Shown: positions 1 to 10,996 of the stretch, in pieces
Layout of the letters: each line of letters starts with the position of its first letter
Position numbering within the stretch: position 1 is the stretch's first letter
Origin: Felis catus
Lineage: Eukaryota
Direction: 5' to 3'
Length of the DNA stretch: 64,000 nt
Assembly (NCBI RefSeq): GCF_018350175.1
Contig: NC_058383.1
Coordinates: 13,270,001 to 13,334,000 of the forward strand
The notes under the pieces: generated by a model
Database searches by the model: none
Seen by the model: the letters and a program-made list of their open reading frames with translations, nothing else
What the model was told of the DNA's origin: nothing
Program-made: the position numbers and the translations under genes

Positions 1-2343
1 TTTAGTAAAGGAAAAATTTGGTGGGTTTTTCTTTGGGGGTTTTGCGTTGCCTGGTGTTGTGTTGTTCCTTTGCTTTGTGTATGCATGTGAAGGGGGGTAT
101 TATTAACATTATGGCTCTCTACCTCCACGATTCATTCCAAAAATAATTTTGTTAATGCTAAGAATGTAACTGTGGAAATAAAATGGCTTTTCAATCCTGT
201 GTTGACTACGTGCCTACAATGTTGATTTGCTAATACCTGGAACTTCCAAATTAAATTTTATGGTATATGGATGATTTATTGTAATCTCTCCTACAAGGAA
301 ATTCGTCTTAAAAACTTAAAAAAAAAATCATCCTATGTTGGGGAGTGGGGAGCATTTCTAATTCAAAGCAGAAGCCAGGCTAAGATCACATGTCCCCGTA
401 GAGGAAAGAGGGGAGGTTTTACTTGTTGCATATGTTTAAAAAATATTTATAGATACAGCTGGACTTTTAGTACTTTATTTCTGGTTTTAATGATGGAATT
501 CCCAAAGGACTAAAATTGTTCCAAACCGGTCTGAACTGTGTCTGAAGTTCGAGAACAGTATATAGTGGGTCTAAAAACTTTAATCCTCCTTGGAAACTCT
601 GAGTGGGAAAGCTGCCCTTTTAGTCCCGTGTTTCTTGAATTTCCTGTTAGCAAAACACCTCTTTGCTCCTATTCAGTCCTTAACCAACTGCAGACTGACT
701 TGACTTTTCTCTGCTAAAACATTTTCTAATAAGGTTCTCAATAAATTCCTAAGTCATAAACTCTGGTGATTTTGTTTATTTCCCACCCATCCAGTCACCA
801 TTTTATTTCATGCCTGTTTTGCAACTTGATGCCCGAGTACCTTAGTAAGTGAGGCAGACATACTCCTTTACATTGTGGGGCTTTCAGTCTCTCAACACTG
901 TTGACCTTCCTCCCACAAACTTCACAAAATCACTCACTTCTGGTTTGTGAAATCATTCATTAATGGTTCTTGTTTTAATGCTGATTCTCACTCCCACCCC
1001 TATCCGTGCACATGATTCTGCTCCTGGCTTTCTCTTTGCTTGATAATTTATTTTGTTGATACTTTTCTAGGTGATTTTATAAGGCCAAAGCTTTTAGGTT
1101 AACATCTGCCTTTATACATATTATATATGTATGGTTAAGTTAATCTATTCATATACAATGATATAGTATAGTTGTCGACTGTTGTATTTTGCTTTGGTTT
1201 TAAATTAAACTGTTGTATTTTGCTTTTAGTTTTAAACAGCTTTATTGAGGTATAATTCGCATATATAATGAACTGTTCCTTTTTAAAAGTATTCAACTTG
1301 GTAAGTTTTGACATATGTATAAACCCCTGAGACCTGTTAACCGCTATGAAGAATAATGAACATATCCCACACCCCAAAAGTCCTGTCCCTTTGTAATTTC
1401 TCTTTCTGTTACCTTCCTACCCTGCTACCCTCCCTTGTTTTCAGGTAATCACTGAAATGTTTTCCAACGCTGTAGAGTAGTAGTATTATTTATGCATCTT
1501 TCCTTAGTCTAGCTTCTTTCACGCAGCATAATTACTTTGGGATTTATTCACTTCGTGGTGTATATTCATAGTTCATTTCCTTTTATTGCTCATATTATTC
1601 CATTCTGTGGCTCTACCACAAATTATTTATACATTCACCCATCGACTGCCATTTGGGTTGTTTCTAGGTTTTTGTTACTATGAATATTTGTGTACTGGAC
1701 AATATGCAATCTTTTCTCTTAGGTAAATACCTCCCTAGGATAATGTGGTAGGTGTTTGTTAAGTGTTTCAGGAACATGCCCAGTGGTAATCTAAGTGTTA
1801 TATATGGCTTCCAGCATTATGTGAAAGTTCCATTGCTTCCATATCCTCTCTCTCATATTTAGTGTGGTCAGTGTTTCTCATTTTAGGCATTCTGATAATT
1901 GTGTAGTAGTATCTCATTGTGGTTTTGAATTAGGTTTCCCTAGTGACTAATGATGTTAAACATCTTTCCATGTGTTTATTTGTCATTTCTGTATCTTCTT
2001 TGGTGAACTGTCTGTTCAAATTCCTTGCCCATTTAAAAAAACGGGTTGTTTGTTTTTGCATTATTGAGTATTGAGAGTTCTTTATTCTGGATACAAGACC
2101 TTTATCAGATTTATGATTTACAAATATTTTCTCTTAGTTTGTGGCCTGTCTTTTTATTCTCTTAACAGTGTCTTATGAGGGCAGTGTTTTAAATTTTGAC
2201 GAATTTTAATTTATCAGCTTTTTAATGGATTATTCTTCAGGTGTCATTTCTAAAAAGTCGTTTGTAATTCAAAGCTTCGGTTTTTCTTATGTTTTCTTCA
2301 GGAAAAATTATAGTTTTAGTTCCATCGATCAATTTGTTTGTCT

Positions 2344-2526
2344 TGGGGTTGTCAAACTAAGGATCATGTGAAAAATACTACTCACAACCTTTTTTTTTAT
2401 ACAGCCTATGAGTTAAGCAGGAGTTAAGAAGAAAACAAGAAAATGTGACAGAGGCCATATATAGTCTGCAAAGTATAAAATGTTTACTATCTAGTCCTTT
2501 TCAGAAAGGAAAATTTCCTAAGCCTG
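2344..2526 (+). mobile_element. MER58-like hAT-Charlie MITE nested in the L1
   Basis: ggggttgtcaaact...gacagaggccatat...gcaaagtataaaatgtttactatctagtcctttt resembles MER58 termini and body. Confidence 0.75.
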
Positions 2527-3462
2527 GTTTACATTGTTTTAAATGCTGTCTTGATTACTATAGCTTTGTAATACCGTGAAATAAGGTATTTTTAATCTTC
2601 AAACTTTGTTCTCTTAAAATGTTGTTTTAGCTATCCTTGGCCCTTTGCATTTACCTATGCATTTTAGAATCACTTTGTAAATTTCTTTAAAACACACCAG
2701 CATTTTGATTTAGATTGTATTGAGTGTATAGATCAATTTTGGAAAAGTTGACATCTTAGCAAAATTGAGTCTTTTGACTCATGAATGAAAGAATATACTA
2801 TTCTTTATTTCTTTAGGTTTTCTTTAATATCTTGTGGAGATGTTTTGTAGTTTTCAGTGTACATATCTTTCACATTTTTTCATTCATATTTATGTATTTT
2901 TGATGCTGTTGTAAATGTTATTGTCTTACTAATTTTAATTTTCAATGGTTCTCTGTTAGTATATATATACACAGTTGATCTTTATATGTTTACCATGTAT
3001 CCTGTCACCTTGATAAACTCACTTATTGGTGCTATTGCCTGTTTTGTTTATTTATTTGTATTATGTGTATAGTTGACAGTGTCATCTGTGCATATAGTTT
3101 TACTTCACTTTTTTCCATCTGGATGTCTGTCCTTTCTTTTTCTTGTCTTATTACACCAGCGACAATCTCCAGTATGACTAGAAATAGTAAGAGTGTACAT
3201 CCTTCTCATTTTACTGATCTTAGGTGAAAAGCATTCAGTTATCTGCCATTATTTAGGATGTTAGCTATAAGTTGTTCCTAGATGCTCTTTCACATTTGAG
3301 AAAGCTCCTATTTCTCGTTTGCTGAGTAAGAATGGATACCAAGCTTTGTTAAATGCTATTTGTGAATCTATTGAAATGGTAGCATGGTTGTTCTTTTCTT
3401 TTTTAGTTTGTTAATATGATAAATTTCATGAATTGATTTTCAAACATGAAGCCAACGTTTTT

Positions 3463-3624
3463 TTTGTTTTTTTTGTTTTAATTTTTTTTTCAACGTTTAT
3501 TTATTTTTGGGACAGAGAGAGACAGAGCATGAACGGGGGAGGGGCAGAGAGAGAGGGAGACACAGAATCGGAAACAGGCTCCAGGCTCTGAGCCATCAGC
3601 CCAGAGCCTGACACGGGGCTCAAA
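3463..3624 (-). mobile_element. 5'-truncated young felid Can-SINE (SINEC_Fc-type)
   Basis: Poly-T tail, GA-rich segment and body ending at acacggggctcaaa; perfect TSD gaagccaacgttttt at 3448-3462 and 3625-3639. Confidence 0.92.
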
Positions 3625-4293
3625 GAAGCCAACGTTTTTATTCCATGGATAATCAACACTCCATCATGATGTATAATCCTCTTTATATATTGTTGAATGT
3701 GATTACTCAGGAGTTTTCTTCCAGTGTCTTTGTCTTTCCTGTCACAGCAATTCTGGCATGAATGAATGCCAGTGTTCAGAAGGAGTCTGTATAACATTTG
3801 ATATTATTTCTTTCTTAAATATTTGGTAATACCTATCAAGGAAGCCATCTGGGTCTATATTTTATTTGGCAAGATTTTTACTACAGATTCAGTTCATTTA
3901 ATAAATATGGGATTATTCAGGTTTTCTAATTCTTTTTGAGCGAGCTTTGGTAGTTTGTATTTTATAACGTAGTTGTGCATTTCCTTTAAGTTGTCAAATT
4001 TATTGGTGTAAAATTGCTCATAATTTTCCCTTTATGTATTTTTTATATATTTCTTTTATATATTTACTTAGTATTACTAGAATCTGCTCTGATGTGTCTT
4101 TTTTTCATTGTAAGTATTAGTAATTCTTATTTTCTTCCTTTTTCTTCCTGGTTAGTCATAAGTTTAGAGGTATCACTTTCATTGATCTTTTCAAAAGAAC
4201 CAGATTTTGGTTTTATTGATATTTTTTATTATCTTTCATTTTTCTCCTTAATGGATTTATGTGCTTATTTCTTTATTCTACTTGCTTTTATTT

Positions 4294-4507
4294 ATTTAAA
4301 TCTTTATTTATTTTTGAGAGAGAGAGAGACACAGACAGAGCGTGGGCAGGGGAGGAACAGAGAGAGAAGGAGACACAGAATCCAAAACAGGCTCCAGTCT
4401 CTGAGCTGTCAGCACAGAGCCCATTGCGGAGCTCAAACCCATGAACTGCGAGATCATGACCTGAGCCGAAGTCAGATGCTTAGCCGACTGAGCCACCCAG
4501 GTGCCCG
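4294..4507 (-). mobile_element. Felid Can-SINE (SINEC_Fc2-like)
   Basis: Full body ending gagccacccaggtgccc; TSD tacttgcttttattt at 4279-4293 and 4508-4522. Confidence 0.92.
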
Positions 4508-5880
4508 TACTTGCTTTTATTTTTATTTGCTCTTCTTTTTGTAATTTCTTACAGTAGAAGCTGAGGGTATTGATCTCAAAGTTTCTTCTTTTCAAATACA
4601 AGTAGTTTAGTAAATTTTACCCTTAAAATACTATTTTAGGTTTATCCCAGAATTTTTGATATGCTGTGTTTTATTATCTTTCAAATCAAAATACTTTCTA
4701 ATTTCCCCTTTAATACCGTTTTGATCAGAGATGTACTTTCTATCCCTTGAATACTTTTAAATTTATCAAGACCTGTTTCATGGCCTGGAATATGGTCAGT
4801 TTTGGTAAATATTCCATGTATACTTGGAAAGACTATGTATTCTGCTGTTAATTGAATGGAGGGTTCTGTAAATGTCAATTATTGTTGATAATGTTCTTCA
4901 AGTCTTCTATAGCTTTCCTGTCTAGGTACTTGTCTTATCAGTTATTAAGAAAGGATATTGAAATCTTTGACTATATTTGTCTTTTTCTCCTTTAAGTGAT
5001 TTTTGTTATGGTTAGGTTTAAATATTTCATCCTCTTTCTATTAAAAAAATTTCCATCTGGTTTTCGTTCTCGTCTTTCCATTTATTTCTGCCTTTTTAAA
5101 ATGAGTTGAATATTTTTCATGATTCCAATTTATCTCCTTTTCTTGGGTTAATATCCATAATTCTTTGTTTTATTATTTTAGTTGTTGCTTTAGGTGTTAT
5201 GGTATGTCTTTAATTTACCAGTCTACCTTCACATGATATTACATTAACATATATATAGTATAAGAACCATAGAATAACATGCTTCTGTTTCTCCCTTTTC
5301 TTTGTGTTCTTGTTGTTATACATTTTTTTTATTTCTATGTATGTTATAAACTGCACAGCATTGTCACTGATTTTTAATTATACTTTCAAGATATTTAAAT
5401 AAAAGAAGTTTCTTATACCAGCTGTGTCAACACTTTATGATGCTTTTCATTCTTCTGTACCTATTTGTACTTAATGTCTCTCATCACTTGCAGTAGACCT
5501 GAAGGACAATATTCAGCATTTCTTACAATGCAGGTCTGCTGGTAATTTGTTCTTTTAGCTTTTGTAGTTTTGAGAACGTCTCCATTTTCCTTTTGCTTTT
5601 GAAAGATGTTTTAATTGTGTATGGAATTTTTAATTGTGTATGGAATTCTGGGTTGATAGGGGTTTTTTTTTGTTTTGTTTTCTTTTGTTTTTTTTCTTCA
5701 CAGTACTTTAAGAATGTTCTTAACTATTGTTTTAATTGCTTTGCTTTCTAGGAGAAAATCAGCTATCTTCCTTCTCTTTCTCCTGCACATCTTGTGTCTT
5801 TATCTTTGGATGCTTTTAAGAACTTCTCTATTACTAGTTACGAATAATTTTGACTATGGTCTCCTTTGGCGTTGTTTTCC

Positions 5881-6100
5881 TTATTTTTTTTTTATTTTTT
5901 TAAATCTTTATTTATTTTTGAGAGAGAGAGAGAGTGCGAGTGGGGGAGGAACAGAGAGAAAAGGAGATGCAGAATCCGAAGCAGGCTCCAGACTCGAGCT
6001 GTCAGCACAGAGCCCAAAGCTGGGCTTGAACTCATCAACTGCAAGATCATGACCTGAGCTGAAGTTGGACACCCAACCAACTGAGCCACCCAGGTGCCCC
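5881..6100 (-). mobile_element. Felid Can-SINE
   Basis: T-tail, (GA)n segment and body ending ctgagccacccaggtgcccc. Confidence 0.92.
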
Positions 6101-9100
6101 TGGGCACCCCATTCTTTGTGTTTCTTGCACTTAGGTCTCCTTGAGTCTCTTAGATTTGTGGGTTTGCAGTTTTCATCAAATCTGGAAAGTTTTCTGTCTG
6201 TTTTGATTCTTAGCTTATCATTTTGTTACCTAAAAATCCAATTTTAATAAACTATTGACACTAATAAGAAGAAATTTCTGAGTAGTTCGTTTAGCAGTTG
6301 TTATCACACATCTGATGTTTAGAACGTTAGGATCAAGAATCAGCACTTGGAACAACACATTGCCTGTTTTCACTTTGGAACTCTGGGATTGCTGAGGTTT
6401 TTAAAGCAGCTCAGGTACTCGAGCTTCTGTGTATGATCACATGCTGTCCTGTTTGGCTTGCTTATCTTCTGAACGTCTTGAAGTTTGGTCCTCAGGTCTG
6501 AGATGGTGGCTTCTCTGGATCCTCTGGTGAAAGTCTGAGCACCTGCTTTTCAGTTCTGAGTCAACATCAGCACTAAATTTCCTGAAGTGCTATCTACTTC
6601 TTTCCAATGTTGTATTGTTATGAAGGCTGCCATCTTGTAAGAGTACGTTTAGTGCCAGCATCTGTAGGTGGGTGCTTTGTCCCAGTGCTATCATGTGGTA
6701 TGGTGACGTATGAGGGAAAGAGAAAAGCCTTAAATATTTACCTAGTGGTTATCAGGTAGAGGGTGTTATTCACTTGATCCCATTTCACATTTTGCCATAA
6801 CTATGGTAGTAAAAGCTCCACAGGAAGAGTCAGGTCCCCCAAATTATATGAGTGTGCCCCTTGCAGGTCTCCGACTAAGGCGATGGTGGTATAAAAACAG
6901 AATTTCAGCAGTACATTTTTGTCCACTTCCTTTTTAATAAACCAGTTCTGACAGATGAAAAGGAATCTGCTGTAGCTCAGATTTCCTATGTTAGGCATAT
7001 TTCAGCCATAAACTTAATTATCACAAGAATTTTCAAATGACTCCAACTTTTTTCTGCACTTGGTACCAGAGGATACCAAGTTCTATTTTTGAGCTGATAA
7101 AATCCTCCTTCTGAAAGCATTTGTTTATTATATTACAGCTTCACATGAGCTGAGCTCCATCCTGACCCCGTGTTAAGTGTCTGTGGTAGATTTCATTACA
7201 TCCATATACTGGAAGTCCTGCCAATATACTGGCAGCAAAATCCTAGTGGAAAATAAATGGCAATAAAAAAGAGAAATGATAGCCTGTGTGAGTGGTGAGG
7301 AGCACAGCTTTATTGAGACTGGACAACCCCAGAGTAGTGACTTGGCATGCAGACATGAGTTTAAGAGAGTGTGGGTGAAAGCTGATATTGGAATAACGAC
7401 TCTGTGGCACAGACATGGGAATAATTTAATTAATTGCACTGAAATTTCTTTGATGAATAGTTATGTGGTGATAAGCATGAGGTCGAACAGCAGAATGAGT
7501 TTCAGCTTTTTAATGGGCCAGCACAGCTGCAGTTTTGGATGCCTTCCCACTTTATTTTCCCCTGCAGCCCTCCACCGCTTTACTCATCCACATCTCTCCA
7601 GCTAGGCTCGCCACTAGCGGGGCTCGCTCTCCGTGTCTGCTGAGCTGAGGGGCAAGTACATTTGGCCACGGGAAGCAGGCTGGTGGCGGCTTTGAAATGA
7701 AAACTAGATCAAACGAAAATTGTGGGATGGTTTCCTTATGATGGCTGCGCCTCCCCTCCTCCCCAAATCTCTAGGATGCTTTTACGGAGTCTTTGCTGCT
7801 AAGTTGTATAAAGATTTTAATAAAAATTTCTCGTCCCTGGAGAAAGAGGCATGTCTTTGTTGTCAGAGAGCTAGAGGGGAATGAGCAATGCACCCCAGCT
7901 GGGGCACCAGCATTAATCCCATGACTCGGAGCCCGTATTTTCAGACAGATCAATTACTTCTGGCTGGAACCAATCTCTCACCATCTTCTTGCTGTGCAGG
8001 GCTCCATTTCCAGACTTGGCAGCTGACATATCCTTCCAACTTGATAGAACTTCAGCTGCAAATCTCCTCAGGTCTGCTGCCTCCATTCATCGAGGTTATA
8101 CAAATGAGTTGTTAAATAAAACTCAAAAGTCAGAAGTTGTGGGTGGTAATCTCCACTTGGCTCCATAGCACCCGTGGATCTAGGCAACGTTTTCTGTTGG
8201 ATTTTTTTTTTTTTTTTAAACAAGACAAGTGATTCAGTTGTCTTCCTTTCCTTCACTTTCATGGACAGGCTTTGCATGAGAGAAAAGCCTTCTCTAGAGG
8301 GAAGAAATTATCCACAGTGGATGCATTTCTTATCAGCTTCTAAGTTGAAAGATTAACTCAGAATGGAGAGGAAGGAGATTAGGAGGAGACACAAGGGCAT
8401 GTACAGGTGAGCCGCATCTAATGCTTCTCACACTAGTCACTCACCCCTTTTCAGCTTTAGGCTGCCTGGGCTTAAGGCCAGGGGATTCTGTATCAAAAAT
8501 AAGTGACCCTTGCTAACACACAGGTGGCAGAGAACATGTCAGGTGTTTATAGAGCCACGTCAGTGTGTGAACACAGAACTTCCGTCAAGTATCGAAACTC
8601 GAGCCTTTGAGGACTTTTCCCAGAAACTGTTTAGTGTTCGTAAGACATACCCACTCTTCGTGTGTGTTGAAGGCTTCACGGCTGTTCAGGCCAGGCCAGG
8701 CCAGTCTTCTTGGAAGAGGTGATTGGGGGCCGCATGGAGGAAATGACAACATTGTGTGATTTGACTCACTCTAGACACACAGACTTTGGGGCTTTGGGGA
8801 AAGCACTTCTGTGCTCTCCTCTTTCGTGGTCCCCCCATCAATTCTCTGGTCTCTGACATGCAGCCCTCGGAGGACTTCTCTATTTCCCCCGTAGTAACCA
8901 TAAGCTCTAAGGAGCTTATGAGAAGGAAAGATGAAAATGTGGAAATCTAGAGAAGAGAAACAGTTTAATGTTCCCCCCTAGGGGGATTTGTTTGTGTGTG
9001 TACATGTTTGTGCGTGTGCGCTGAGAGCTGGTTCTCAGTGTTACTGCGTGCTTTGGAAGCCTTGTCCTAGTTGGGCCCCATTAGTGGTGTCCTTTGGAGC

Positions 9101-10280
9101 AGATATTCATGAACTCTGTTAACAATTAAGGAGGTGAATCCCTGCTGGTACAGGCTGATGGCCACAGCTTCCCCTTGGGCTCCTATTACTTTGGATTGAT
9201 TCTAAAGAGGCAGAGGAAACATGCAGAACATACTTGTTTGATTTGAAAGTTAAAAGCCTGTCTCTGCCTGTTTTCCTCCCCCTTCTTCCCGTCGCCCTTC
9301 CTAGGCACCCTAATGTGAAGAGTAAAACATAAGTCATACGGTACCAGAAGGCACTGACGCAGCTCTCGCCCTGGACGTGGTTTTTTGTGGATCTGTGTTT
9401 TATTAGGATTCATTAAGTAGTATGGAAAAGACTCATTGGTAGCCATGCATGACAGTCCCCCATCCTCAGAGCCTGCCAACAATTGAAAATTTGAGAGAAG
9501 AAATAAAAGGGGGTGAGATTTATAGTTAGTGAGTTCCAGTTGGTTTTTTTTTCCCCCCTTCTTGGAATGGTGCCCGTCTTATTAGGAGTTCTTTACTGAA
9601 ACAAAATGCAGTGGTAGCTTGGAGAAATTATGGATGCTTTCCAGCAGCTTCCCTCCCCCTCAAAAAGAGCTTAGGAGTCTGTAAGCTTTCTCCCTTGGTT
9701 GCAGTTAGGAAGCCAGTTGACAGTATAATAGGCTTTTGGAAGTGGGTGCAATGGTTTGTGTGTTCTGTTTGATGTTGCAAATACCAAGCCCTCAGGGAGA
9801 TCTGCAAAGAGGATGTTCTGTTCTTAAAGAAAGGAAAAGATTAACCTGAAACGTGAACTGAAAAACTCCTGAATTCTAAAGGACTTGGGTGCTACCAAGG
9901 AATGATCTCATTTACTTCTGTGGAAACATTTGGCAGGCTGCCTGCTGCAGACAAGTAGAGGGCTGGGCAAATATTTTTTAATGATTTTGATTAATGAAAA
10001 GCGATCACCAGTAAACTTGACAGGATTAGATCACAGATTAAGGGTGTGTGTGTGGGTGTGTGGGTATTTATGTGGTTAAGGCTTTCTCTGTAGACATGTG
10101 CATACTCATATACACACAGAAGTCTCATAAACCATGTGCACTTCTTGGAGCCTACCTAATAATGCTTTTCTTCATATTCAGAGATAATGCTCCATAATGC
10201 TCATTAAGAGAGTATGTAACACTTTTTGCTTTGGAGATATTTTTAGGAGTGGTAATGAGTGAGCATTAATCTGTTTCTGT

Positions 10281-10475
10281 CATTCATGAATGTGTGCATT
10301 CACTAAACACATGAATATGTGTAAATCCTTAAACATTTATTGAGTACCTACTGTATGCCAGCTACTATGCTAGGTACTAGAGATACAATGGTGGGGAAAA
10401 AAAGGCATACAGTCTCTGTTCTACTGTACTTTATAAGATGCTGGAGAGACAAATTAAAATAAATAATCATGTAAC
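10281..10475 (-). mobile_element. L2 3' end fragment
   Basis: aaacatttattgagtacctactgtatgccag...ctaggtactagagatacaatggtg is the typical antisense L2 terminus. Confidence 0.75.
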
Positions 10476-10817
10476 TCTATACCCACAATTTTTATGTTAG
10501 CTTCGTATTCCATAAAAATTTATTAAGTACCTCCATCTGCTCTAAATTCTGTGATAGGCTCTTAAAAGAAAAAGCATCTTACCTAATTCCTGTTGAAGTC
10601 AGTGGTTTGCAATTTACAACGAATAAACTGGCTCTGTTTGGTTTTAGAATCCAGCAAAGCCACCTGATCCACATAGCTCTAGATATTAATTTAGCACATA
10701 GTTCTAAGGATATGGTAAGATAGCAGTCTAGCAGAACATTCTGTTATACACGTATATAAGCCCTGGTGTATTTACCAAAGGTATTGTTATATCCTCCCCT
10801 TTGCTGTGTCTCCACGA

Positions 10818-10996
10818 CTCTGGGTTCAAGAGCTCATGCCGCTTCTCCCTAGCTGTGTGAACTGGGAAAACTGGTCAACCTCTCTGAACAAAGTTTCACA
10901 TCTGTAAAATGGGACTGGTTGTACTCATGGGGTTTGTGAAGATTGAATGAAATCACATATGTGAAAATACTGTGCTCATGTGAGTTTGTATTATTT
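10818..10996 (+). mobile_element. MIR SINE
   Basis: Core tagctgtgtgaactgggaaaa...aacctctctgaa...catctgtaaaatggg...gtgaagattgaatga. Confidence 0.8.

Larger units (their letters stand above)
1226..6197 (-). mobile_element. Old, degenerate L1 (L1MC/L1MD-like), ~5 kb, interrupted by MER58 and three SINEs
   Basis: Starts with the typical reverse-complement L1M 3' end (tttaaacagctttattgaggtataatt), followed by T-rich antisense ORF2/ORF1-like sequence with no intact ORF. Confidence 0.85.

Noticed and set aside
1178..1237. 31-bp tandem duplication at the L1 end (and a 19-bp one at 5609-5646)
   Set aside because: Ordinary slippage duplications in or next to dead repeat DNA.
4014..4544. Longest ORF in the track (176 aa) and the other SINE-overlapping ORFs
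   Set aside because: Read-through of antisense L1 and Can-SINE sequence; the same peptide motifs recur at every SINE.
6093..6110. Hairpin ggtgccc-ct-gggcacc at a SINE 5' end
   Set aside because: The SINE head GGCGCC is self-complementary, so a short duplication explains it; too small to interpret.
7610..7626. CTCF-like gccactagcggggctc
   Set aside because: Mismatches at key core positions.
8974..8985. 12-bp palindrome ccccctaggggg (EBF-like)
   Set aside because: Palindromes of this length are expected by chance in 64 kb, and the motif match is imperfect.
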